This document shows, piece after piece, positions 11,826 to 25,583 of a DNA stretch of 64,000 nucleotides. The stretch is from Scyliorhinus canicula. Taxonomy: Eukaryota. Position 1 is the stretch's first letter. Each line of letters starts with the position of its first letter. A model generated the notes under the pieces. It was given only the letters and a program-made list of their open reading frames with translations. It had not been told where the DNA came from and did no database searches. A program made the position numbers and the translations under genes. The stretch spans positions 186,001 to 250,000 of the forward strand of contig NW_024056010.1 of the NCBI RefSeq assembly GCF_902713615.1, read 5' to 3'.

Positions 11826-14800
11826 GAATGAAATTCCCTCTACATAACTCGCTTAAACACATTAAAGGTCTGGAAATCAAGGGTTCTATGCCAGGTAAAA
11901 TCTCTTCTGCACTCTTCCTCAGAGATCCCCAAGACAGGTTGACAGTGGGGTAAAGAAACCTGTGCATTTACTGGGCAAAGAAACCTGGTCATTTTTCCAT
12001 CAAACACATCCAGGTCAGGTACAGCATAGTTCAGATACGGAGTAAATCTTCCTGTGCAGTCATGTCAAACACTCACAGGGCAGATTCAGTGCAGGTGACA
12101 TGCAAGTAAAGCTTGCTCTACCCTGGGCAATCAAATGCTCGAAGGTCACGGCAGCTTGGTGAAGTAAAAGGAAAGATTCTCCGGCCCTCCCACCTCAAAT
12201 CATCGCCACCATATGCAGTCCAAATTAGATACAGAATAAAATTGTCTCTGCAGTTCTCATTAAACACTCCAAGGTCATTGACTGCTCCAACGACAATTTA
12301 GAGTTAAATCCCTCTATGTATTCCAATTCATTGGATTCAATCCATCTAGTTGTAAGCCAACGGGGTGAGATCGGGCTGTGAGAATGTATTGGCCACATGT
12401 TGACTTCATGTTGTCGATTAAACACAATGACCCATCGTCGAGAGACATGAGACAGAACCAGTTAGGAGAAACACACAGAGGGAGATAGGATACAAGAAAA
12501 CTCTACGAACACATTTCACATGTCCTTACATTTAGAGATTAGAGGGAATCTTTCCTAATTCTGAACATGGATATCATCATGACATTTTTCTCATATAACT
12601 GATGCATAAAAAATGTCGAAAAACGATCATTACTGGAATCCGTTGATCTATTTGTGTCGGTGGCTCTATTTCTGTGCTGTGTTGATGGGGAAACATTTGC
12701 TTTGTTTTTCTCAGTCCAAAATCAAAACTGGGACTTCTATTTTTGTGTTTATTTACATAAACACCTCACTGGTCACAATGAAGTGTTCATTTCAGCAAAA
12801 CGAAATAAACACAATCACGTATTGATTAGTTTCAACTAAAAATAGAGGTGTATTTTAAGAATATTGACAGTTGGTTAAAATGAATAGAAACTTCCATTAG
12901 AACAGATGTTACTTAATTGAAAGAAAAAATACATTTAAAATAAGTATTCATTCTGAAAGTTATGAAGCCTCTATTAATAAAGCATATCTAACCAGCTCGT
13001 TTCCACTGAATGTTAATTTGATTGAAATATTAACCAATTTAAAGTGGATAACTCAAAACATCAGGCAGAGGAGAGATCAATAGACACATTCATCTCAGAT
13101 CTTTTGACAATTGCAACTTGCATTTTAAAATGTAAACAGTTGGAAAGAGCTTGCTTTTGTAAAACGCTTTACCCGACCTCAGGTCATCCCAACGCCCTTA
13201 GAACTCAGTGATATATTTTTGCTGAATTTAGTCACTGCAGTAATGTTGGAAACAGCGGAGAATTTGCGCACAGCAAGCTCCCACAAACTGAGATGTGATA
13301 AGTGACCAGCTAATCTGTGATTTTAGTTGAAGAACGGACATTAGTCCAAGATACTGGGAAAAACAGCTCTGCTCGTTAGAATTATGTCAATGAGGTAATC
13401 CCCCTGAAATGTGAATCTGTTCCTCTCTCTGCTGATGCTCACTGACCTGCTGAGCAGACTTTTTTGTTGTTTCTGTTTTTGATTTCCAGAATCTGCGGCA
13501 CTTTGAACAGTTTTGGATTCATTCTCGCCATATGGCCATCAGTGACAAAGTCAGCATTAACTGTCCATCCCGAGAAGCCGGATGTGAACCACCTTTTTGA
13601 TAAGGTGCACTTCGGGCGGTTTAATTCACATTTGACTTTCTGTAGCATCTTCCCGTCAACAGACTTGCTTGCTCGGCAATATCAGAGATAGTTAATAGTC
13701 AACCCATCATTGTTGAACTAGAGTCACATTTGGGCCAGATAGGATAAGGAGGGAAGATTTCTGCTCCTGAAGGATGTTGGTGAACCTTCTGAGCTTTGGG
13801 AAATTTCGCTAAATTCATAAGTATTATGAATGACACGACGATTTTTTTCTGATTTATTAATTCATTCAATTGAAAGTCCCCACAGCTGCCATAAAACCAT
13901 AAGATGTAGAAGCAGAAGTTGGCCATTCGACCCATGGAATATGATCTGCCATTCAATGACATCGTTGCTGATCTGACAAAATCCTCAACTCCACGTTTCC
14001 AACTTATCCCCACAACCCATGATTGCCTTTCTGATGAAAAATCTGTCTGACTCAGCCTTGAACTTATTCATCAATCAGGCCAACTCTCTACGGCAAATAA
14101 TTCTATAGAATCACTACCCTCTGAGAGAAGAAATTCCTCTTCATTCTCGTCTGAAATGAGTGGCACCTTACTCTGAGATTGTGGCCTATGGTTCTAGACT
14201 CTCCCAAAAGCGGGAACAACCTCTAGCTACATTGTCGAGCCCCCTGAGAATACTATATATCTCAGTAACTTCGCCTCTCATTCTTCTAAACTCCAATGCG
14301 TGTTGGTCGAACCGACTTAAGCTCTCCCCATGTCAGTCTCTGTGGTGCTATTGGTCAGCATGTTTGTCTGTTTACCGAAAGGTCTGTGATTCAAGGCCAG
14401 ATTCTTCTTTTTTTGCTGACAGGTAGAGCAACGATGGTTCAAAAGATCTCTTTCTATGCTGTGAAACGCCCCCTAGCTTTGAAAATCCCTCCATACTCGG
14501 GATTAACCGAAAGTACCTTCTCTGGACTGCCTCCAAAATATATTTCCTTACATAAGGAGACCAAAACTGTTCACAACATTACAATATGCCCTGGTGGAGT
14601 TAGCACTCCTGTCTCTGGGGTAATAGATCAGGCCTCCAGATTACCAGTTTTGTAATAATATTGCGAGACTATCCCAAAGACTGTAATATCATCACATCTA
14701 AAAGATGGAACAATTGAACATTAAACACTCCTCCTGCATTGCATCACAGGTCTGGATCATGGGCTCAGGTATCTGTTGTGGGAGGTGATAGTGATCCCAC

Positions 14801-15889
14801 TGGGAAAAGACTGTTAACCTATCATGGTTTGTATTTTGACATTCTGAAATATTGCTCGGGGAATCTAAAGTTCAAACTATGGGTCCAGTCTTACATGGGT
14901 CAATTTACTTTTCAGAGGCTGGTCTTTTATTAGTCTTAGGTCTTATGCTGACACGATAGTAATGGTGAATGGGAATTCCACTGGCTCCATATAAAATATC
15001 AGTTATTCCAAAAATAACATCTAAATGCAAGCAAGGCAGAAACATATGTGCAACTTGATCTTCCCACTGCACGAACTGCATGGTCAGAGCGGTTGGAAGC
15101 TGGGATTGTTTCCCTTAGAACCGAGCAGGATATGGGAAGGCCTGGTTAAAATGGTCAAAATTAAGAATGGTTTAGTTTGATTAATTGGGAAGAAACTTGA
15201 TTCACTGGCAGGGGGGGTCAGAAAGCAGAGGACACTGATTAATTAGATATCAATTAATTCCCCCATGGTTCTAAGCCGATCAAATTGCAACAGGACTAGA
15301 CATGGCGGACGCAGAAAGGATGGTCCCGATGGTGGGTGAAGCTAGAACGAGGGGTCACCATCTAAGAATACGAGGTAAACTATTTAGGATTGAGATGAGG
15401 AGCAATATCTTGACCCTGGGAGTCGTGAATCTGTGGAATTCTCTACCACAGAACGAAGTTGAGTCGAAAGTATTGCATGTTCTAAAGAAAGATTTAGACA
15501 TAGCGCTTGGGGATCAAAGCTCTGAAGGGCCCAAATGAAACGGGGGAAAGCGGAGCAGGCTCGAAGGGCAGAATGGTCTACTCCGGCTCTATTTTTTATG
15601 TCACTGTCTTACATCAAATCTGTTTCTTCTCATGTCGAATGAAACTCTGTCTTCATTTATATTAAAGCAAACCCTGTCGCTGTCTAAACTACACTGTTCT
15701 GTTTGTGTTACACTCAATTAATACACACGAGACCATAGGATTATATTACATTAAATTCCGCCTCTTTTATGTTCCCCAGGAATTTGTCGCTTTACATCAC
15801 ACGAGGGCCTATCTCTGTTGATATTTTACCGGACCATGTTCCTGTTGCCTGTCTCGATATTACAAATTATTGTATATATTTTTTTAAAA

Positions 15890-16088
15890 TTTAGAGTACC
15901 CAATTATTTTTTCCAATTAAGGGGCCCAGTCCACCTATCTTGCACATCTTTGGGTTGTGGGGGTGAAACCCACGCAAACACGGGGAGAATGTGCAAACTC
16001 CTCGCGGACAGTGACCCAGAGCCCGGATCGAACCCGGGTCCTCAGCGCCGTAGGCAGCAATGCTAACCACTGTGCCACCGTGCTGCCC
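15890..16088 (-). mobile_element. SINE, present in duplication copy A only
   Basis: Reverse SINE body ending in ...cactgtgccaccgtgctgccc; absent at the matching position (~21945) of copy B. Confidence 0.8.
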
Positions 16089-16807
16089 TATGATTGTATA
16101 TTTTTGCTTGTTTGTACGAGTACAATCGTTGTTGATTTGGAGAGTATATTAATTCTTGTTAATACCTATAAGTAGTTCTATGAAATGTGTATTTGCTCTG
16201 CTATCATGTGGGTAATATTGAGGTTAATATTTTACCAACATCCCAGTAATGAACTGGGCTTGCGGGACTGGTCTACATATGAACACCGGTGCACAGCACT
16301 TTCCAAAAGTTAATGGAAAACTCTATTTAGTTCAAAATGATGAATTTACTCTTGTGTTACACTCTATCCATTGGAAAGTTGTTTTCATGGTGGGGATTAT
16401 TTTCCTGCCTAGTATTATATTCACTAATCATCTGATATACTGGCAGTGTTAGACAGATCAGTGCTCTCACAGAATCACCAGATTGGCACCAACAGGTTAA
16501 ATATCCACCCAATCATAGAACTCTCATCTGGCTCAGAAGAGCAAGTGAATTCGCTGCTAAAAGGTATTGGCTGTTCGTGTAGGTGTTCATATAAGATATT
16601 GTTCTTGAGTTTTGCAACTGTAATTGATCAAGACGTTATGTTATGTTCAGAATTAATTGCTTCACTTTGCGATGTCTTCATGCGTCTCGGCCCTAAGCTC
16701 TGGTATGCATTCCGTACTTCTCTTTTCCTCAATTCCCTGAATAAAATCATCCCATATAACCTGCCTCGACGACCAAGTTTTTAATCATCTGACCTAATAA
16801 CTCTTTA

Positions 16808-17153
16808 GACATAGAATTTACAGTGCAGAAAGAGGCCATTCGGCCCATTGACTCTGCACCGGCTCTTGGAAAGAGCATCCTACCCAAGGTCAACACCTCC
16901 ACCCTATCCCCATATCCCAGTAACCCCACCCAACACCAAGGGCAATTTTGGACACTAAGGGCAATTTATCATGGCCAATCCACCTAACCTGCACATCTTT
17001 GGACTGTGGGAGGAAACCGGAGTACCCGGAGGAAACCCACGCACACACGGGGAGGATGTGCAGACTCCACACAGACAGTGACTCAAACCGGAATCGAACC
17101 TGGGACCCTGGAGCTGTGAAGCGATTGTGCTATCCACAATGCTACCGTGTTGC
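16808..17153 (-). mobile_element. HE1-like SINE, present in copy A only
   Basis: Near full-length reverse SINE; copy B is uninterrupted at ~22660. Confidence 0.85.
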
Positions 17154-18002
17154 CTATATATTTGAACATATATTAATGCAGATCCTACAGCAGGAATGAC
17201 TAAAATAGACCCTACCCCAGTTTATAATATTCCAGACCCTGAATCAATAATCACTGCTCTATAACCTATATCATATAAGGGTAATCAACCTTTGTATCAG
17301 TAATTCCTGCACGAGAGCCTGTCTGGGTTTATGTTAGTCTAGACCCTGCATCAGTAATCACTTCAATAGATCCAATCTCAGCAGCACTGTTGCTTCACAG
17401 CGCCAGAGTCCCAGTCTGTGAGCAGTCTGCACGTTCTCACCGTGTCTGTGTGTGTTTCCATCAGGTGCTCCGGTTTCCTCCCACAAGTCCCGAAAGATGT
17501 GCTGTTAGGTAATTTGGACATTCTGAATTCCCCCTCTGTGTACCCGAACAGGCACCGGAATATGGCGACTAGGAACTTTTCAAGTGACTTCATTGCAGTG
17601 CTAATGTCAGCTACCTTGTGGAAAAACAAATATTAGATTAGTTTAGGTTAATCGCCACACTGTATGAGTGATAATAATTTTAGACCTTGTCATAGAGTCA
17701 TGAAAAGTTAGAGGTTTACAATACAGGAAGATGCCCTTCACCCACCATATCTGCGATGGCAATCAGGTACCTATCTATTGTAAGATCGTCAATAGATGGG
17801 CTTTATACCATAAAACCATATGACACAGGTGCAGAATTAGACCATTCGGCCAATCGAGTGTGCTCCGCATTCAATCATGACTGTTATGTTTCTAATAGCC
17901 TATCTCCTGCCTTCGCACCATAACCCCTGATCCCCTTATTAAGCAAGAAATTATCTATCTCTGTCAGCCCGGTTCGATATAGGGAACGATCCTTTGGCAC
18001 TG

Positions 18003-21000
18003 CCACATCAAATCCTCACTGCTCTGTGCAGCTCAGGTTAGATACAGAGTAAATGTTTCTCTACAGTTCTCATTAAACACTACAAGGTAATTGAATGCTC
18101 CAACCACATTTTAGAGTAAAACCCCCTCTATGTATTCCAATTCATTAGATTCGATACATTTAGTTGGAAACCAATGGGGTGAGTTTAGGCTGAGAGAATA
18201 TATTGGGCGAATGTTGACTTCAAGTTGTCGAATAAAGACAATGACCCATCGTGGAGAGACATGAGACTGAACCAGTTAGGAGAAAGGTACATATATCAGA
18301 TTCAGGAAAACTCTACGAACACATTTTGCTTGTCATTATATTTCGAGATTGGAGGGAATATTTGCTAATTCTGAACATGGATATCATCGTGGCATTTTTC
18401 TCATATAACTGATGAAGAGACAAATGTCCAAAAACAACTACTACTGGAATCCGTTGTTCTATTTACATCTTTATCTCTATTTCTGTGCTGTGTCGGTGGG
18501 GATATAGATGTTGTGTTTATGTCAGTCCACAATCTAATCTGGGACTTCTATTTCTGTGTTTATTTACATAAACACCTCACTGGTCACAATGAAGTGTTCA
18601 TGTCAGCAAAACGAGATAAACACATTCACGCATTGATTAGTTTCAACTCAAAATAGCAGTTTATTTTAAGCATATTGACAGTATAATAAAATGTATAGAA
18701 ACTTCCATTAGAACAGCTGTTACTTAATTGAAATAAAAAATACGTTTAAATTAAGTATTCTTTCTGAAAGTTCTGATGCCTCAATTAATAAAGCATCTTT
18801 AACCAGGCTGTTATTCCACTGAATGTTAATTTGATTGAAATATTAACCGATTTAAAGTAGATGAATTCAAACATCAGGCAGAGGAGTGACCTACAGTCAC
18901 ATCAATCTCAGATATTTCAACATATTAAACTTACATTTTAAAATGTTAACATTTGGAAAAAGCTTGTTTTTGTAAAACGCTTTACCCGACCTCAGGTCAT
19001 CCCAAAGCCATTAAAACTCACTGATATATTTTTGCTGAATTTAGTCTCTGCTGTAGTGTTGGAAACAGAGCAGAGAATTTGCGAACAGCAAGCTCCAACA
19101 AACTGAGATGTGATAAATTACCAACTAATCTGTGATTTTAGATGAAGAACGGACATTGGTCGAGGACACTGGGAAAATCAGCTCTACTCTTTTGAATTAT
19201 GTCAATGAGGTAGACCACCTGAAATGTGAATCTGTTTCTCTCTCTGCTGATGCTCACCGATCTGCTGAGCAGCCTCTTTTTGTTTGTGTTTCAGATTTCC
19301 GGAATCTGCAGCACTTTGCAGTTTTTAAAAATTCATTATCGGCATCTGACCCTCACTGGCAAAATTAGGACAATTTAATTCACATTTGACTTTCTGCAGC
19401 AGCTTCCCTTGAACTAACTTGTTTGTTCAGCAATACCAGAGGTAGTTATGAGTCAACCACATCACTGTTGAACTCGTCACATATAGGCCAGACAGAGTAA
19501 GGAGGGAAGATTTCTTCTCCTGAAGGATGTTGGTGAACCTGCTGAGCTTTGGGAAATTTCGATAACTTCATGAGTATTAGGAATGACACAACGATGTTTA
19601 TTTCTGACTTATTAATTCATTTAATTGTAAGTCCTCAAGCTGCCATAAAACCATAAGATGTAGGAGCAGAATTTGGCCATTTGGCCAATGGAATATAATC
19701 TGCCATTGAATGAGATCGTGGCAGATCTGATTAAATCCTCAACTCCACTTTTTCGCCTTTTCCCCACAACCCTTGATTCCCTTACTGATGAAAAATCTGT
19801 CTGTCTCAGCCTTGCACATATTTATTGACCCAGCCTCTCCAATTCTCTGCAGCAAATAATTCCATAGAATCACTCCCATCTGGGAGAAGAAATTCCTCCT
19901 CATCCTCGTCTGAAATGAGTGACACCTTACTATGGGATTGTGCCCTATGGTCCCAGACTCTCCGCAAACAGAAACAACCTCCAGCATCTACACAATCGAG
20001 CTCCCTGGGAGTGTTATATATCTCAGTAATTTCACCTCTCATTCTTCTAAACTCCAATGCGTGTAGGCCTTACCTACTTAACCTCTCCTCATATCAGTCG
20101 CTTTGGTGCAATTGGTCAACGTGTCTGTGGTTCAAGACCATCTCAGGCCGGATTCTTCTCTATTTGATGACAGGTGGAGTAACGATGGGCCGAAGGACCT
20201 CTTTCTGTGCTGTGAAATTCCAGCTACCTATGAAAATCCATCCATACCCGAGATTAGCCTAATGAACCTTCTTCTCTGGATTGCTTTCAAAATCTCTCTC
20301 CTTAGGTAAGATCAAAACTGCTCACATCGTTGCAATATGCCCTGGTGGAATTTGTACTCCTACCTCTGGAGTAATAGCTCAGGCCTCCAGATTACCAGTC
20401 TAGTAATAATATTGCGAAACACCCCTAAAATTGTGATATCATCACATCCAAAAGATGGAGCAACTGAACATAAAATACTCCTACATTGGATCACAGTCTG
20501 GATCATGGGCTCAGGAATCTGTTGTGGGAGGTGATATTGATTCTACTGAAGCAAGGCTGTTAACCTATCATGGTTTGCATTTTTACATTACATTCTGTGA
20601 CATTGCTCAGTGTATCTAAATTCTAATTCTGGGTCCAGCCTTACATGGGCCAATTTAATTTTCAGAGGCTGGTCTTTTTTTAGTCTTGTGCCTTATTCTG
20701 ACACGATGGCAATGGTGAATGGGAATTCCACTGACTCCATATAAAATGTCAGTAATTCCAAAAACAGCATCTGAACACAAGGAAGGTAGAAACATATATA
20801 CAACTGGGCCTTCCCACTGCATTAGCTGCACGGTCAGAGCGGTTAGAAGCTGGGATTGTTTTCCTGAAAACTGAGCAGGTTATGGGCAGGCGTGGAAACA
20901 ACGTTCAAAATTCCGAAGGGTTTTGTTTGATTAATTAGGAATACACGTCATTTACTGGCAGGAGGGTCAGAAACCAGAAGACACTATTGGATTGGATTGG

Positions 21001-22795
21001 ATTTATTTATTGTCACGTGTGCCGAGGTACAGTGAAAAGTATTTTTCTGCAAGCAGCTCAACAGATCATTCAGTACATGAGAAGAAAGGGGAATAAAAGA
21101 AAATACACAATAGGGCAACACAACATATACAATGTAACTACATAAGCACTGGCATCGGATGAAGCATACAGGGGTGTCGTGTTAATGAGGTCAGTCCAAA
21201 AGAGGGTCATTTAGGAGTCTGGTGACAGTGGGGAAGAAGCTGTTTTTGAGTCTGTTCGTGCTAATTTATGAAATATTAATTTCCCCCTCTGATTATAAAC
21301 CTATCAAATTGTAACAGGACTAGACAGGGCGGATGCAGAAGGATGTTCCGATGGTAGGGGAAGCTAGAACGAGGTGTCACAGTCTAAGGATACGGGATAA
21401 AGCATTAAGGACTGAGATGAGGAGCAATATTTTCACCCTGGGAGTCGTGAACCTGTGGAATTCTCTACCACAGAACGAAGTTAAGTCCAAAGTATTGTAT
21501 GTTTTGAAGAAGGAGCTAGATAAAGCTCTTGGGGATGAAAACTCTGAAGGGATCAAATGATATCGGGGAAAGTGGGAACAGGATACTGAGGTGGATGATC
21601 AGCCATGATCAGAATGAATAGCGGAGCAGGCTCGAAGGGCAGAATGATCTACTCCTGCTCTATTTTCTATGCACTTTATTACATGAAATCGGTTTCTTCT
21701 CATGTTGAATGAGACCCTGTCTTTATTTCTATTAAAGTAACCCCTGCCCCTGTCTATACTACACTGTTCTGTTTGTGCTACACTCAATTAATAATATGCT
21801 ATAACATGCATAGGATTATATTACATTAAGTACCGCCTCTTTTATATTCCACAGGAATTTGTATCTTTACATCACACCAGGGCCTCTCTCTGTTTATATT
21901 ACACCGGACCATGTTCCTGTTGCCTCTCGATATTATAAATGATTGAATATGTTTGCTTGTATCTCCAAGTACAATCATCGTTGATTTTGAGATTATGTTA
22001 ATTCGTGTTAATATCTCTAAGTAGATTGCATGTGTATTTGCTCTGCTATTATGTGGGCAATATTGAGTTGAATATTTTACCCAACATCCCAGGAATGTGC
22101 TGGCCTTGAGGGACAGGTCTACATTTGAACACCGGTGCACTGCAATTTCCAAAATTTAGTGGAAATCTCTGTTTTGTTCAAAATGATGAATTTACTCTTG
22201 TGTTACACTCTATCGATTGGAACGTTTTTTTCACGATGATGATTATTTTCCTGCCTCGATTTCTATTAACCAATCACCTGATGCACTGGCAGACTTAGAC
22301 AGAACCGTGTTCTCACAGTATCGCCACGATGGTAATGGTGGGCACCCATAGGAGAAATGTCCACTCAATCATACAACACTCATCTGGTTAAGAAGAAAAA
22401 TTAAAATTGCTGCAAAAACGTATTGACCGTTCGTACAGGTGTGCATATGAAACATTTTTCTTAATTTTTGCAACTCCAATTGATCAAGACCTATTGTTAT
22501 CTTCAGAATTATTTGGTTCACTTTGCGATGTCTTCCTGCGTCTCGGCCCTAAGCGCTGGTATTCATTCCCTATACCTCTTTACCTCAATTTCCTTATTAA
22601 AATCATCCTATAACCTGCCTCGTCGACCATGTTTTTAATCATCTGGCCGAATAACTCTTCTCACATATATTAATCCAGACCCTGACCAGGAATGACTGCA
22701 ATGGACCCTGCCTCAGTTTATAATATTCTAGATCCTGCATCAATAATCACTGCTTTAGACCCTTCCTCGTTTAAGTTTAATCAAACTTTGTATCA
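18003..22795. repeat. Copy B of the ~5-kb tandem segmental duplication
   Basis: See copy A. Confidence 0.88.
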
Positions 22796-22797
22796 GA

Positions 22798-24465
22798 TCC
22801 ACCGCATCCTTCTAAATTCCAACGAGTACAGTCCCAGTCTACTCAACCTCTCCTCATAATCCAAGCCCTTCAACTCTGGGATTAACCTAGTAAATCTCCT
22901 CTGCACACCCTCCAGCGCCAATACGTCCTTTCTCAGGTAAGGAGACCACAATACTTCAGGTGTGGCCTCACTAACACCGTATACAATTGAAGCATAAACT
23001 CCCTAGTCTTAAACTCCATCCCTCTAGCAATGAAGGACAAAATTTCATTTGCCTTCTTAATCACCTGTTGCACCTGTAAACCAACTTTTTGCGACTCATG
23101 CACGAGCACACCCAGGTCTCTCTGCACAGCGGCATGTTTTAATATTTTATTGTTTAAATAATAATCCATTTTGCTATTATTCCTACCAAAATGGGTAACC
23201 TCACATTTGTCAACATTGTATTCCATCTACCAGACCCTAGCCCATTCACTTAACCTATCCAAATCCCTCTGCAGACTTCCGGTATCCTCTGCACCTTTTG
23301 CTTTACCGCTCAGCTTAGTGTCGTCTGCAACCTTGGACACATTAACTTTGGTCCCCCAACTCCAAATCATCTATGTAAATTATGAACAATTGTGGGCCCA
23401 ATACTGAACCCTGAGGGACACCACTAGCTACTGATTGCCAACCAGAGAAACACCCATTAATCCCCATTCTTTGCTTTCTATTAATTAACCAATCTTCTAT
23501 CCATGCTACTACTTTACCCTTAATGCCATGCATCTTTATCTGATGCAGATCTCTTTTGTGTGGCACTTTGTCAAAGGCTTTCTGGAAATCCAGATATACC
23601 ACATCCATTGGCTCCCCGTTATCTACCGCACTGGTAATGCCCTCAAAAAATTCCACTAAATTAGTTAGGAACAACTTTCCCTTTATGAACACATGCTACG
23701 TCTGCCCAATGGGACAATTTCCATCCAGATGCCTCGCTATTTCTTCCTTGATGATAGATTCCAGCATCTTCCCTACGACCGAAGTTAAGCTAACTGGCCT
23801 ATAATTACCCGCTCCCTGCCTACCTACATTTTTAAACAGTGCTGTCACGTTTGCTAATTTCCAATCCGCCGGGGCCACCCCAGAGTCTCGTCAATTTTGG
23901 TAAATTATCACTAGTGCATTTGCAATTTCCCTAGCCATCTATTTTAGCACTCTGGGATGCATTCCAATGGGCCAGGAGACTTGTCTACCTTTAGCTCCAT
24001 TAGCTTGCCATCACTACTTCCTTAATGATAACAATCATCTCCATGTCCTCACCTGCCATAGCCTCATTTCCATCAGTCACTGGCATGTTATTTGTGTCTT
24101 CCACTGCGAAGACCGACCCAAAAAACCTGTTCAGTTCCTCAGCCATTTCCCCATCTCCCATTATTAAAACTCCCTTCTCATCCTCTAAAGGACCAATATT
24201 TACCTTAGCCACTCTTTTTTATTTTATATATTTGAAGACACTTTTACTGTCTGTTTCCATAGTCTGAGCAAGTTTACTCTCATAATCTATCTTACTCTTC
24301 TTTATAGCTTTTTAGTAGCATTCCGTTGCCCCCGAAAGATTTCCCAGTCCTCTAGTCTCCCACTAATCTTTGCCACTTTCTATGCCTTTTCCTTCAATTT
24401 GATACTCTCACTTATTTCCTTAGATATCCACGGTCGATTTCCCTCTTCCTGCCGTCCTTCCTTTT
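22798..24465 (-). mobile_element. CR1-type LINE fragment (RT region), truncated at both ends
   Basis: ORFs 24000-24212, 23696-23878, 23342-23692 ([10 protein letters not shown]) and 22933-23226 are nearly identical in peptide to the LINE at 36894-40897. Confidence 0.93.
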
Positions 24466-24599
24466 ATACTATGTGGCGTCCACTCTCTGATATTATTTTA
24501 TTACTATTTCATTCACGGCTGAAGTCATCTGTGTCTCACTTTGTATAACAAACGTTCCTACCCCACAGAATAATACAACAGATTTATTTGCATTGATTC

Positions 24600-25213
24600 C
24601 CGCACAATCAACATCCTGGGGGTTGTCATTGACCGGAAACTGAACTGGACAAGCCAGACGAATGCTGTGGCTGCCAGAGCAGTTCAAAGGCTAGGAATCC
24701 TACAGCGAGTAACTCACATCCCGATTGTCCAAAGCCTGCCCATCATTTGCAAGACAAAAGTCAGAAGTGTAATGCAATACTCTCCACTTGTCTGGAGTGC
24801 AGCTTCAACAAACCTCAAGAAGCTTTACACCATCCAGGAAATATCAGTCGCTTGATTGTTGCCATCCACAAGATTTACTGTTGGAACTAATCAAGGTTTC
24901 ATATTCAGCACCTACCAGACCAATGGCAACAATTACCAACAAGGCCAAGAGCAGCAGATACTTTGGATTAATGCCATCTGGAGGTTCCTCTCCAAGTCTC
25001 TTACCATCTTGACTTGCAAATATATCACAGTTCCTTCACTGTGGTTGGGTGAAAATACTGGAGTTCTCTCGCTAATACGAGTATGGGTGTAACTGCATAT
25101 CAGAGACTTCAGCGATTCAAGAAGGCAGCTCACCGCCACCTTCTGAATGGCAACTAGGAATGGGCCATTATTGCTGACCCGATCAGTGGCCCCATGTCCC
25201 GTAAATGAATCAA
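24600..25213 (+). mobile_element. CR1/L2-type LINE 3' fragment running into the gap
   Basis: atcctgggggttgtcattgaccggaaactgaactgg... gaaggcagctcaccgccaccttct... 3' end motifs also seen at 5.7-6.4 and 10.0-10.6 kb. Confidence 0.65.
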
Positions 25214-25583
25214 ANNNNNNNNNNNNNNNNNNNNNNNNNNNNNNNNNNNNNNNNNNNNNNNNNNNNNNNNNNNNNNNNNNNNNNNNNNNNNNNNNNNNNN
25301 NNNNNNNNNNNNNNNNNNNNNNNNNNNNNNNNNNNNNNNNNNNNNNNNNNNNNNNNNNNNNNNNNNNNNNNNNNNNNNNNNNNNNNNNNNNNNNNNNNNN
25401 NNNNNNNNNNNNNNNNNNNNNNNNNNNNNNNNNNNNNNNNNNNNNNNNNNNNNNNNNNNNNNNNNNNNNNNNNNNNNNNNNNNNNNNNNNNNNNNNNNNN
25501 NNNNNNNNNNNNNNNNNNNNNNNNNNNNNNNNNNNNNNNNNNNNNNNNNNNNNNNNNNNNNNNNNNNNNNNNNNNNNNNNNNN
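25214..25583. other. Assembly gap (370 N)
   Basis: Run of N; both flanks are LINE 3'-end-like sequence. Confidence 1.

Larger units (their letters stand above)
12190..17300. repeat. Copy A of an older ~5-kb tandem segmental duplication
   Basis: Colinear by eye with 18003-22795 (12230 = 18035; 14740 = 20490; 16300 = 22130; 17230 = 22720), with many substitutions and copy-specific SINEs. Confidence 0.88.

Noticed and set aside
12650-12690. LYFCAV motif (also ~18475) resembling a V-segment end
   Set aside because: No heptamer/nonamer follows and no upstream C23/W41 framework in either copy.
13520-13690. SDKVSINC and HLTF...TD resembling V framework pieces
   Set aside because: Spacing is wrong, pieces are in different frames, and the downstream part merges into a common repeat.
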